NCBI GenBank assembly: GCA_026023565.1
Contig: JAPETS010000031.1
Location: forward strand, 248,001 to 312,000
Length of the DNA stretch: 64,000 bases
Source: Cirrosporium novae-zelandiae
Lineage: Eukaryota
Direction: 5' to 3'
Made by a program: the position numbers and the translations under genes. The notes beneath the pieces were generated by a model. The model worked only from the letters and a program-made list of their open reading frames with translations, was not told the DNA's origin and did no database searches. Below, one piece after another: positions 36,088-49,336 of the stretch (its first letter is position 1; each line of letters starts with the position of its first letter).

Positions 36088-38464
36088 AATAAAGTCAGTA
36101 TTCATCGTGTCAGGGATAAGCTAAACCTAAACCCCTAGACCAAAGGGACGTGGTTACCCGCTAGTTAAAGCGAGGTAAGCTATAATGGTTTATATAACTT
36201 AGGCTGCGCCCTCACACATCGATTCCAGCTACTAAAAACGGGATAACAGAACTGGAAGCCAGTTGAATTTGGAAACAAATAGTGCTTTCGTCTCATAGGC
36301 GAGGCCAACAAAGAAGAAATTAAACCAAGGAAATATTAAAATTCGTATTCTCATGCTCTTAATTCTACCTATAACCCCTAATAAACATTTGGAGACTAGT
36401 GATGAATAACCAGGATATGATAGATTAGATGATGTAAATTTGATCGTCGGAATTTGAGTATTTAGTAGTGCTGGTACTACATTCCTCAATCTGACTTTTA
36501 GAATTCGCTGGCATATAAGTAAAAGCTATACATCATAATATAGGCTAAGGAGTTAGTTGAACCTTGTGGAAACCATTAGATGTTAGGATGATAGTTGGGA
36601 ATAGTGAGGAGTGATGTTGTGGGGACATTTTTATATGTTAAGGCAGACTTGGTATATCGAGGTGAAAATAGTAAATCAACTTTCGGAGTTGGTAGTCCTT
36701 CCTCAGGTCATAATAGTAGCTCACATGTGAGCCATAATTAAGACAAGAAAGCCAGCTCTTGTGGATCAGGGAGGAAATCTTAACAAATGATGGTTAGAGG
36801 TAGAAGAGAGTTTGCTATACGGACCTCCCACATGAGATATGCAGAGCAAGTTCATCACTTAGAAGCTCTCTGAGGTATTCTTTTCTAAGAGGTATATTAT
36901 AGTCAAGAAGTACGTTCTCAGGAGAGAAGTCATCTCCTAAGAAAGCGACGGCGCTCATGTATATACCTCCTCTCCGATCCAGGTTGGTAAGGTGTTATAT
37001 ATATTATTAGGAAAGCCAGCTATGCTAGTCCATTTAGTCCACCCTTTTTTTTCTAGTCTCTGTTTTTTTATAGATGTATTTGGTAAGGCTGGTTTGAATC
37101 TCTCGGCTGAGGAGACCTTGATTTAGGCTTGTGTGCCTTTGGTTGTGAAGGAGATAAGAAATGGCAAACGCTGGTGGGTGAAGGAGTGTTAGGACCTAGG
37201 TATGCGGCAATGTTCGGAGGCGAACTTTAGGGCGTTTGGGGGTTATCGCTAATGGCATTTAGGCGCTAGGCGGTTAGCGATACCGAACCCGGGCCTTATT
37301 TACCCGGTAGGCCCTTTGAAACTCCTCTCATGACTTGAAATCCTTCATCAGTCAAACCTTGAAGGTATAAGAAAAATGAATTGATCATAACGATATCATA
37401 ATTCATGAAACTTTTCTCGGTTGATTAAAGTTCTCATCCCTTCAATTTTCTTATCCGACTCTTCAAAAACAGAATATCCATTTTGTCTTTATTTATTTGG
37501 GCTACAGCACTCAAGACGAACAATGATAGGGCTGTCCATCTTTTCATCCCTTTATCTGTGGATGAACACTTGAATCGTTTGTGTGGTGACATTACTGATT
37601 AACCTGAGAATAACTACCTAGGTAGATATGAATCTACTCATCACAGATGTAGCTCCTCGTTTGTGGCTGAAATATGCCGTCGCTCCACATGTCTGGAAGC
37701 ATCCAAGTGCAGCCTCAAAAGGAAAACACTACTGATTTGTCACGATAGCTCCGGGAACGTCTTGTCTAACATCTCCAGGCAGAGAATGCCAATTCTGTGA
37801 ATAATAAAGCGTGGATTTCTGACCACTTATTGCTTCAGCAACTTGTTCCAGCTCGGATATTTTTACATCTTACCTCCCAACACCTGCCACTTATGCAGTT
37901 CTCTGACTTTTATCGTTGAATTTACGGCTATGAAACCTATCAAAATGCTCGTTCTTTACCAGCCAGGACTGATTTCCCTAGAATATCCAAAAAAAAAAAA
38001 ACCGGTTAATCAACCCCACTGCAAGAAACCAAGTCGAATCAGCTTCCCATGGTTATTATTACTATGCCAAGCTGGGTCTGCACGTTCAGTTTTCAGCAGC
38101 CATCTTGGTTGTTATCCATTTGTGCGGACTAGAAAATGGAATTTAGATGGAATAAGTCTTGAACGTGGCGCCGGCTATATTTCCAACTTCTGGTCTTCTT
38201 GCTTCATCTCTGAACTTGGCTGAGTGATCTCACTTCCAGGTTTTGCCCTTGGTGGCCTTTTCTCGACATAAGAACCTCTAAATTGTTGGGGAGGTGATGC
38301 TAGTCATTCATAAGCTGGCTTTGTTCCTCTCGTTGCTTAAATTCCCGCTCCTTCTCTTACTGCCTACATCTTACCGATATCCTTTTCTACAAACTACCTA
38401 AAGGTAGCTGATCAACAAACCTATCATATTCTAAACGCGCGTTATTCTATTCCTCACTTCAATC

Positions 38465-39220
38465 ATGGGAGCAGGAACTAAAATCGCTTCCGTTGTTCTT
38501 CGTGTATTTGAGTGTGCTTGTGCTATTGTCGTCACAGCCATATTAGGACGATACATCTACTACGTGGATCTTGCCAATGCCCATGCAGGCTCTCGTGTGG
38601 TATATACATTATCTATTGCTTGCATAAGCATATTATTCTCCATCCTATTAGGGCTTTTTACAAAGTATTCTTTCTGGCTTTTTCCTGTGGACTTTGCCCT
38701 GTTTATTTGCTGGATGACTGCCTTTGGACTTTTACGGGGTGTAAGTAGTATCCCCATCATTCCTCCATGCCCTTGTTGCACGTAAGAAAAGTTTAATTTG
38801 AATTAATAGCTCACCGGGGGACATGGGTGCAACTCATATTGGTACTGGCATTCATGGGGCTTCTTTTGGGGCCGCTGGTGGCGAACCGTTCCAATTACCA
38901 GAGCCAGTGGAGCTATAGTCGGCAGGTCTGCATGCGGAGTGTGGGAATCGGTCCTTGCTTTTTCCTTCATTGGAGGGTTTCTCTGGTTGATTAATGGGAT
39001 CATCGTATGTCTAATCTCTCCTGCATCAGACAACCCTATCTAACCAACATTTAGGGCGTAGTAATGTTTCTGAAAGAAGGTCTCAAGAAACCAATGCGCC
39101 GTTCAGAGATGGGAAGTGTCGAAAATAAGTAAGTTCTCTTGTGTCCCGGACCTTTTCATATATTTAGCAGACCTTGAGTAATTCTTGATTAGTCGCGAGG
39201 AGACGACGGAAAAAGTCTAA
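38465..39220 (+). CDS. MARVEL-like 4-TM membrane protein, 4 exons (38465-38740, 38810-39004, 39055-39128, 39193-39220)
   Basis: SVVLRVFECACAIVVTAILG..., FPVDFALFICWMTAFGLL, Trp-rich loop CNSYWYWHSWGFFWGRWW and CGVWESVLAFSFIGGFLW. All introns are GT..AG and in frame. Confidence 0.8.
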
Positions 39221-40274
39221 AAGGAACCTTTCTCTGATATTAATATTAGTCTAAATATCATGCTGATGTTGAGGTGCACTTGTTATAACTACTTAATATG
39301 CGCTTGTGTCTGAATATTGATTATGATTCCTTGTATCGAAGCTAGGGTGTCTCAAGAGAGTGCATCTTCGTCTGGTATTTCATTTCCTGGATACCACTCA
39401 AATTTTATGTTCTATGCCAGTCATAATTTTTATCAGATAGCTTAGTTATGGAGGTAATGACACTCAACACTGACAACATTTTGCAGTTGGGGATTGAGGA
39501 AGGTAAAATCCAAGACTTTAGATACGGCTGGAAAGATTGGAATATTCATACACGAGAATAACCGATAAAGGTGAGCATGACGGGAAATGCTACTAAGTAG
39601 AAGTTCAAGGTTGACAAAGTATATATACAGTAAGAAAGCTTGACTGGAGGTGAGTCCTACCAAGCACCACAAACGAGCCAAGAGTCATTCTAAAAATCAG
39701 GATTGTCGTGAACCCCAGCTGGCGTTTTCCTTGGCCGTTGGATAAGAACCCATAAGCCACCACGCTATTCAAGAACTCAATCTATAATAAAAATCTAATC
39801 TCTACCTCCTCGTGTTCTTCCATTTTGCCTTTTTTATGATGATGATATTTGCAACTCTATGTTGCATTGAGTGGTATTCAGCTACGTTAAAATAATGCCT
39901 TATTCTTGTCTGATTTGCTCAAATATATAGTTTACTGTTTTGCTTTTCCCCGCTTTCCGCTTCTTCGAGGATTGATCATGACCAATACTTTATTATGCGG
40001 CTGTTAATCGACAATATCTGCCCTCACTGGACATTTATGTCATTATGGAGCTTGCTCCTGGTGGAATGACGTCTCTCCTCATTCCCCTCATGCGGTTCCG
40101 TGTACCAATTACTAATTAAATCATCAGGGTGCAGAAGTTACACCTTACGTGCACGGTTGTTGAAAGCAGGCACAGCAAGGCTTTTCTTCCTCCTGTAGAC
40201 AAGCAGATATACTATCTATTTGCAATCTGAATTAGGAAAACCTCAGTATTAAACTTTCAACTTCAACTTCGAAA

Positions 40275-42806
40275 ATGATCAACGAAACGAAAACTGCATC
40301 TCTTAGCTCTCTTCAGTCGAAAGCTCAAGCCGAGCTCCTGGATGACATCGACCGCCTGCGGTCTGAAGGAATTGGAAATTTCGCAATCTCACTTCCTCAG
40401 TTGATTGTATGTGGGGACCAATCATCTGGCAAAAGCTCCGTGCTTGAGGCCTTATCTCGAGTCCAATTCCCAACGAAGGATGGCCTCTGCACAAGATTTG
40501 CAACAGAGGTAATCCTTCGTAAAACAAAGACAACCGGCGTATCCATCTCAATTATACCTGGAAAAACCAGGTCCCCGGAGGAGCGTGAGAAACTTGTCAA
40601 CTTCAACCCTCCTCATACCTCACTAGAAGAGTTCCCGGCTCTGGTTGATGCAGCACAAGATGCTATGGGAATTTCTAAGAGAGCTAGTGCATTCAGTGAT
40701 GACAGACTCAGAGTTGAGATATCTGGACCAGAATTTCCACAGCTGACAATTGTGGATCTTCCAGGGCTGATCCATGCGGAAAGTAAACGGCAAACAGCAG
40801 AAGATGTTGAACTCGTGAAGAGTTTGGTTCAAGGGTACATGAAAGATCAGCGGAGCATTGTATTAGCGGTGGTCACCGCGAAAAATGATATTTCAAATCA
40901 GATCGTCCTGCGAATGGCTCGAGAGTTCGACCATCCTGGTTTAAGGACGCTAGGAATTATCACCAAACCCGATACGCTCATTCCGGGATCAGAGAGCGAG
41001 TCACATTTTGTCGAACTTGCGCGAAACACAGATGTAATCTTTCGCCTAGGTTGGCATGTATTGAAAAACCGAGATTTTAATACGAAGGACATTTCATTGA
41101 AAGCCCGAGATGATTCTGAACAAGAGTTCTTAACTCAAGGGGTCTGGCAAAACCTTCCTAGATCTATCGTAGGCATCGATGAGCTTCGTCGGCGCTTGAG
41201 TAACGTATTGTTGGAGCACATTCGTACGGAGCTACCAGCACTCGTAGACGACGTTGAAAAATCGATAGACGAATGCCACTCTCGTTTGGATTCTTTGGGT
41301 GCGAGTCGGGCCACTGTGAAACAGCAAAGAGTTTATTTGATGAATATTAGTCAGTCATTTTTATCGATCCTTAAAAATGCAACGAATGGGAATTACAGTG
41401 GACCATTTTTTGGGGACTATCTTTCTGACATGGATTATCCAAAAAGACTGCGAGCAGTGATCCAAAATACCAATGCCGACTTCTCAAAACTGATGGCTGC
41501 GAAAGGCCATCAATTTGACCTGGTTGAGAGAGATAGGTGTCTGTCCGGCTTTGAAAAACCGGGAACTATCACGCGGTCGGCTTACCACAAACGAGTTCAG
41601 ACTATGATGAGAAAAAACAGGGGCCGTGAGTTGCCAGGAATGTTCAATCCTCTTCTCGTTGGTCATCTGTTCTTTGAACAAGCAAAGCCCTGGCGGAATC
41701 TTGTTCAGAAGCACGTTCACGAATCCTGGGCTGCGTGCCAAACATTGCTTGACCTCGGTTTATCTAGTCTCACAGATGAAAAAACCTGCGTGGCTCTCGA
41801 ATCGCATGTTGTAAGCCCATTTATGAGGAACAAATTACGCCAGTTGAACATGAAGGTGAACGAACTGCTCAAACCATATGAAGACGGTCATCCGATTACA
41901 TACAATCATTATTTCACGGACATTATTCAAAAAACCCGTGTGGATCGACATAAGAGAGCCATAACTGACAAATTTTATAATCACCTTGGATATCCAGATA
42001 ATGGACATAGGCCAAACGAATTAAATTATGGTTCCGGTTTCTCAGTCCCTAGTCTCATGTCGGCACTAACCGTCCAAACGGAAGAGGATATGGAAGAGTT
42101 TGCGTGTTTAGAGATTGTTGATTGTATGGAAGCTTACTACAAGGTGCTATAGATCATTCTCTGTGCAAATTTGAATACTGGTTTCTTAAGGATTTGTATT
42201 GACATGAATGTCTAGGTCGCCCTCAAGGTCTTGGTGGACGATATAGCCATTCTGGCTATCGAGAACTGTCTAGTACAAGAGCTCGAAAACGTCCTTTCCC
42301 CAGCTGCCATCACAGAAATGGATGACGATCTTATCACCCTCATTGCGGCCGAATCAGAAGAATCCCAAAATGAACGCGAACTCACAACGCAAAAGCTAAA
42401 GGTCCTCGAGTCGGCTCTGCAGGCCTGCTACAAACACGTCAGTCGCCGGATCTGTGGTAAGTTTAAGTAATTTCTAGTATCTCTCTATTGACAAATTCCC
42501 GAAGACTAATGATGGGGGTCGATTTTAATTTACATAGCATTCAAGCTTAACGATATGGCTGTCGGTGCCAAGGGAGAAACCGGCCAGAACAGTCCACTTG
42601 GAATTAACATCCACGGCTGGGATTTCGCAAAGGTCCCAGACTTGCCACTTCAACCAAAACCGCAGGCGAAAGCCGAAGTCACTGAACGGAATGATTCATG
42701 CATAGCTTCGTATGATTCGTCACATCATGCAATCCACAAGGTGGACATAAAAAAAAAGGGGGGGAGACCTTATAGTACGGACAGTACGTGGGGAAAAATT
42801 ATATAA
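40275..42806 (+). CDS. Dynamin-superfamily GTPase of the fungal Mx-like (interferon-induced GTP-binding protein Mx-annotated) type with GED, 3 exons (40275-42143, 42216-42456, 42538-42806; last exon less certain)
   Basis: G1 LPQLIVCGDQSSGKSSVLE, G2 CTRFATE, G3 VDLPGLIH, G4 ITKPD, LGWHVLKNR, stalk RGRELPG and HPITYNHYF, GED MEAYYK|VALKVLVDDIAILAIENCL. Confidence 0.9.
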
Positions 42807-43539
42807 AGGAGTATGTAAACTAGTTAGCTGTTTAGTAAAGCAAAAGTGATCCGTACCACCGCTTTATTTCTAACATTTTATTGATGATTATTCATTGTTT
42901 TATGTCCATATCACTCTAACATTTTATTTTATTTGACTTCCCCGTGACTTTATCTAATCTTTTATATAATTCTATCAGTATATCCTTAAGTATCATATAT
43001 AATTATATATCTACGCGATAGGCCAAATAGATTTTAAAGCAACCAAGGTCTGGTCCTATTTAGTCGGTCTGGTCAGTCTACGTCAAAACCCTATCTAATT
43101 ATTTGATCTAGTCAATTCCATTCACTGGTCGGTCAGTCGACGTGCGGCGTCTTGAGCGAGATCCTACTTAGCCCACATATTGAACTCGCTGAAAGGGTTA
43201 AATACCGACTACCTACCTGTTAAATAAGCTAATTCTACCCATAGATTCTTTATTCTACTTACGCAAGGAATGGACATCTTTTCTTCCTCCCTATATCAAG
43301 GAACCTGAACCCCCTGTCAAATCCGTATCCATCTCCATTCCCTAACCCAAATTCCAGATAAATGACCTTTACCCCCTCTCCTAATTAATAGTATTGTGAA
43401 CAGACCAGACCGACCAGACCGACTCCCTCGGTTTGGCCGGTCTAAGGGATATTTGATCCAGTTTATTCACAACATTCAACACTGTCAATTAACTAAGCAC
43501 CCACCCTTCATCACCTCCCCTCCATGACTCTCTCTCTAG

Positions 43540-45140
43540 AAATTTATACATACATACAAAACCCAGCCTACCCAACCCCCCCTCTTCTTCTTCTTCTTCT
43601 TCTTCTTCTAAGACGGGATGGCTACAAATATAGAAATACATATCTCTATAGCTACCTATCTATCTGCCTAACTAAATAGGATCTAATCTCCCCTAATCTC
43701 CTTAATCTCACTACGGAAGCCCGGGTGGGATGGGACGGGACAGAACAGGATGCGTAGATTTATAGATAGGTAGGTAGATGGATAGGATACTAAATGAGTG
43801 GGAGAATAGGATAGAATAGAATTGATTATTTTATTTATTTATTTTATCCCTCGGGACGGTTGAAAGGGTTGGATAAACTCACGCCTTTTACATCTCACGT
43901 CTATCATGTTTCTCAAGCCTGGCTGGCTGGCTAGCCTTCTGGGCTGGGCTCCTGGGCTGGCTTCTTGAGCTGAGCTGTGCTGTGCTGAGCTGCCTGCCTT
44001 ATGTCGAGGGCAAATTGGGAGGAAGGTAGGAAGGTAGGAAGGTAGGAAGGTAGGAAGGTGCTAGCTACTAGCTGCATATAGATACTTGTCTATATGGTTA
44101 TTGGGACATCGGGACATCGGGACATCTATCACAGCTACAGCTACAGCTATCCCTAGGTCTACCCCTATCCCTATCCCTACTCAAATCCAAACCGAAATTT
44201 AGAAATAAACACTGCCATATATCACATAGCATACCTAGGATCCCCAGTATCTCCATCCTTCACCCCCCTTTTTTTTTCCATAAACCTTTGCTCTTTAACC
44301 TTCAACCTTAAATATTCAAAGCTTTAAACTTGGATTTAGCTTAAGTGTTATATTCAGAAATTCAAAGGTTTAATAATTCCCTTTGTTTATGAGAAATATG
44401 GATATAGGGGGTTATGAGTGGTGATTAGATTTTGGATTGGTTGTACTGTGGGTTTTATTTGGGGTTTTATTTGGGGATTAGTGGGATTAGTGGAGAGGGA
44501 GAGGAATAGGAAGGAGGATAATATGTTGGTATTAGACATAATACATAATATATAACATATAGTAGTACTATAACCCCCCACCCATCAACTCCCTTTACCC
44601 TTCCCCGGAAGACCTCCTTTCTTCTCCTCGTGAAGGGAATAGGCTAGACCAGACCGGTCTGAAGGTGATTATTGCTACGGTAACTTGATTATTATTGCAG
44701 CAACAGTCATGAATGTCCTTACTACTGACCCGTGTCATCCCAAAATGAGGTTATTTTGACCAGGTCAGACCAGTCTGGTCTGGTCTATTCCTTTCCCCGG
44801 GAGAAGACTTCTCCTGGGGCAACCCTACACGCAAACCCTCCAAATCCACATCACCATCCTTATCCCTATCCCCAATCCAACCAAATCCAATCGCAGAACC
44901 CTTACTTATCCACGATTTATGATATGCATATCCATATTCGACATCTGATAGCGGAAAAAAAGTAGGTAAAACCTCCATTTTTTTCTATTTTTTTTTCTAG
45001 AGATCGGAGGGGAAAGGCTAGAAGTTAGACAGTAGAGGGTAGAGGGTTAAAGGGTAGAGGGTTAGAGGACAGAGGGTAGAGGGGTTTTCCTTCTCTGTTT
45101 ATAGCACTAGAGACCAAAGAGGGGAGGGGGGGTTGGGATG
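43540..45140. repeat. Microsatellite-rich non-coding tract: (CTT)n near 43584-43608, (GAAGGTAG)4 at 44022-44053, GGACATCG repeats near 44104-44126, (ACAGCT)3, TAGAGGG repeats near 45031-45082
   Basis: Read directly from the sequence. Confidence 0.85.
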
Positions 45141-48100
45141 GGGGAAAGAGCTTCATTACCGGTGTGGGTGTGGGGTTGTAATACTCATAGCCTTCATTCT
45201 TGAGTTCTTATATTCATCGAATAATACCTTCTCCCACTGTGCTTGGTCGTCCAAAGATGCGCTTCTATAGTTGGCACAGTCGGGGGAATGGTCGAGATTC
45301 TGTTAGGGTATAACCCCTGACAATGCGCGGGCCATTTAAATAGGCACAAAAGTACTGTAGATATTCTAGTGCTTCAGAATAGTTTGAAAAGAAATTAATG
45401 TTTACACAGCAGTTCATAATAAGTGAGCACTGCTGCCAAAAGTTATCATCATTAGATTGACGTTAAAGTACTTGATGAAAACATTATACAGATAGACCCA
45501 GCATTAATTTGTTTATGAAGTTGGCGTCCAGATAGAGGATAGCGTCGGATATTTCTAACCGTCGCCGACTCGTCGAGGATACTAATTAGCAGTTGAATTA
45601 ATCAATCATTATCATTCAGTGCAGTTCTAAGAAGTAAGTTCACCTCAATCCATGGCCTTTTGAGCATTAACCAATTCCATGTCTCCTAGGTTCTACCTTT
45701 GCATCGCTCTAGGAATAGGAACCCGAGATTCCCCAGCCACCCTCACCTCTTGACATATTTGATGGGATAAAGGAGTTGGGTATGTCAGTTACAAGAAAAT
45801 ATCATTTATATCAACATCGATACTATAATTGTCAAGAACTCAAGACTATTGCAAATGAATTGGTGAAACTTGGGGATTCTTCTTCCATAGGCCGATTGTA
45901 AAATTGGCCTGTCTACCCTCAGGAGGACAAGAGTTACACCCAGCTTAAGCTTAAGATATTATAGAGAAAGAGATGACACGAATCTTAAATGGTTCAAAGT
46001 CGTCAATGTCTTTGAGCGGAACTAGGACCAGCAAGGGACATGACTGGTAGGAAAATAACCAGTTAACTCGATTGCTGGCTATGAACCGTGCTGGACCCGA
46101 ACCCCCGCTGATCCCAATGATCTCAAAGTGACAATCATTGCTGTTCATCTTCCCCAATTAAGGAAAGCTAATCTGCAATGGCAACGTAATAGCAGTCATG
46201 CGCTTGTCTGGGATGAACCAGCTCTTGTTTTAAATATGCTTTAAAGTTAAGATGAAGGATTGCAATGACCGCAATCAGCAGCTCAATCATGGGAAAGACT
46301 ACTTATTGAACATATGGAAAGAAATTTACTGGTAATTTTCCAACTTGCTTCTCAATATAGAGCCTTATGTCTTCGAGCCTCAACATGAGTCTACGCGGTC
46401 TAGAGGTTGGATAGAATAGGTCTGAAGACCAACTACAATACCCTACATAGTATAATAATCTTATGTTAATATAGTGAGAAGACGGAAAGGTAGGTAAAGC
46501 TAGCAACCAAGGGCAGGAATATATTAGTGATGATAGCTAAGATACCATCCTGACTTCCCTGACCCAGACCTAACAGCAGGATACGAGTTGACAAGTTGAC
46601 ATTGGAGAACAAAGCCACAGGTGAGAAGGTATAATGTAGACATCAGACTACTTTAGGAAACAATGTATCATACACCTAGCATTTGATGTCCACTGGCTTT
46701 CACCATGGAAGCGGAAAAATCTTCACCAAGTATTTCCGAGGCAGCAAGACAGTAAGTGCACCTTTTCTTTTGCCAACACTAATAAATACATCAACCTTTG
46801 ATACTCAACACCAACTACTTATTAGACGCTTACGAAGATTTAATTATCGTAACATAAATTTGTTGCAGTGCAGCAAGCCTATAGTTTGGTATCATGTGAA
46901 TATACTCGATATGATTGTTGGCAAGGGTAAGCGACCAATCAATAATTACCGTTTACTCGAGTACACCATGCCGATTGTGAATATTTATACGAAGATCCTA
47001 GATGAATATCGCACGGAAAGTTTTCACTCCGACCCTTTCTAGCAAGATTACTGGCACAATCGTTTTATTGCAACAATATTTACTCGATTGAGTGATCCAA
47101 TGGCATGCATTGACCACCAATATTCAGTATCAGCAACCAGGATAACAATCAACTAGCCAGGGATCCGGAAATTAAACCCGAGATCACCCACGGCTTGTGA
47201 TTCACAGATGGTGATGGATGCATGAATCATTCTATAATTATCTTAATCAATGGACAAGTTCATACACAATAAGTATGAAAATCTTATTTTTCCTTCCGAG
47301 AAGAAAACCGTTGCCAATTGGAATATCATATCTAGACCCACTCAACCGGGGAAATAAGTAAGTGTACACTTACTTAGTGACAGTACTACCCCGCTCCACT
47401 GATAGGTAGACAGACTCCGCTCCACCCCCACTACCCCCACCTACTCTAGTCGATAAGGAAATGTCTGAGTTGATTTATACGCTAGAGGTAATCAGTGGAG
47501 ATTCTAACTGACATGAGATCTTTATACATGGTAGTACACTGCACCCTAGAGTACTCCCCGACCTTGTACTACGATACCTTAGCTACCCTATTGTGCACCA
47601 CGATAAGTTAGTGGTCTGGACCTTAACGTGTCAATAACTTCAGTCAAACTTTTCCAAGCTACTAGATTTCCTAAACTGACTAAATGATTGGCTGATATAT
47701 GATATCATACACTGAATATTTTATTAATCGACCACAACATTCCACAATGGTGTAATACAATGTTGCAATAAGAAGAATGGATTGGGTTATTCCGGCCAAG
47801 GATTGTGGGAGGCATTTGTCTACTCATAGTGATGGCATTACATATCCGGGGTCTTAATGCAATGAAAGAGTTCTTTATACTAACACCAACTCACCTCGAG
47901 CTACGATGGGTACATGCTCCTATGAATCGAGTAGGCAGGGTCGATCATATGGATCATGATGTTACAGTCCAATTTTACAACCATGGTAAATGAGTTCCTA
48001 GATTGTGATTGACTTGAACGGAATATGTCTTCCTGGTAAAGTACAGCAAAAAATAGTTTATATGTGTAGGATATTCCCTATTGGCTGGTTGAATAAGCTA

Positions 48101-49192
48101 ACCGATAGATGTTTCGATATAGTTTATAAGTCAAGTTTGTTGGGCAACAGTGACTGTTCTTCCCGTCCATGGTTGAAGAATCTCGCACCTCGGCGAAAAC
48201 TCACGGGGTAAAATAATTGAAACGGAAGGTGACAGCTTTACAAGTAATCCAAACAGGATGGAGATATTTGTCATTTGGAATAGGGGAAATATACAGAGGT
48301 AATTATTAGGTGCTGACGACGAGAGACACAAACTATACAATAAGGAAAGCCTTTGGAATAAGATGATCTGAAATGCAATGTTGTTTTCCCGTCTTGCACT
48401 GTGACTAACTTATAATAGCAAGATGGCAGGTGTATCTCTCGTTATGTTGAAGAGGAGGATCGGACGTAAATTCCCAAGAAGATGAAATGTCCGAATTATG
48501 CCCTGGCATCAAAGATAAGCGACAACCAATTACCTCCCAAACCGATAACAGAGCCTTTATCACGGCCCGTTCCTTGCACGTTTTAATTTATCAATCATGG
48601 CGAATCCGCTTTCAAGAAGCTTGTTTAATCTTGTTAAGTCTTGTCTATGCTTGTCTATCAGCTCCCATTCCTGGCAAGTTGTATCGGTCATGACGAATCG
48701 TCTTTCAAAAAGCTTGTCAGAACTTGACTATCTATGGCTAACAATATTGATCATGGCATGAGAATGGAATCCCGGCACGGTAAATGTTCTTAGCCTTTGA
48801 TCATCAGGCCCCGCATTGATCCCGCTATGCAAGTATCAGATGCAGGAACGGTAAATTCTCTTTCGAGAAAGTTCTTCAACACCAATACCCATATCAATAT
48901 CGAAATAATGTATCTTATCAATAGTGCATTAATTCTCCCGTATACTGTTTCCGACAGTTGCCATGTGATCAGGTGAAGTTCAGGCTCGAATGCGACCCTG
49001 CTCCATATACTATCACAAATGGCAGCAAGCAAGACATTGGCCCACTTGCTACCACCATCAACTGCTGAATATGGATTTGCAAACCCCCTATCCTACCTTG
49101 TTCGATTGTGATAACGAAATTCAAAGTAAATTCTTGTGATGGGGAGCCGGCCGGTTGGATAGTGTCTACAATAGCTGCCCTAGATATCCTGT

Positions 49193-49200
49193 CTATAAAA
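49193..49200 (+). promoter_or_regulatory. Probable TATA box (CTATAAAA) about 140 nt upstream of the G1 peptidase ATG
   Basis: Consensus match at a plausible distance. Not experimentally supported. Confidence 0.45.
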
Positions 49201-49336
49201 GCAAGCATGAACTCGTCTTGATCCAATACTCCAAGCTCCAAGATTCAGCTCAAGATTCAACTGAAGATCCAACTTCAACACTCAGCTATCTCAGTCTCGT
49301 TCCAAGCCGGTCCAATTCCGATTTGAATTTTCCACC

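Noticed and set aside
43340..43348. CCCTAACCC as a telomerase RNA template within the 43-45 kb non-coding tract
   Set aside because: A 9-mer telomeric permutation is expected a few times by chance in 64 kb, and the same 9-mer occurs near 21860. I could not identify a pseudoknot or CR4/5-like domain.
46683..47042. 119-aa ORF with faint resemblance to DUF6594 (RRLRRFNYRNINLLQ)
   Set aside because: The similarity is too weak, the start is non-ATG in the track, and no downstream TM region was found.
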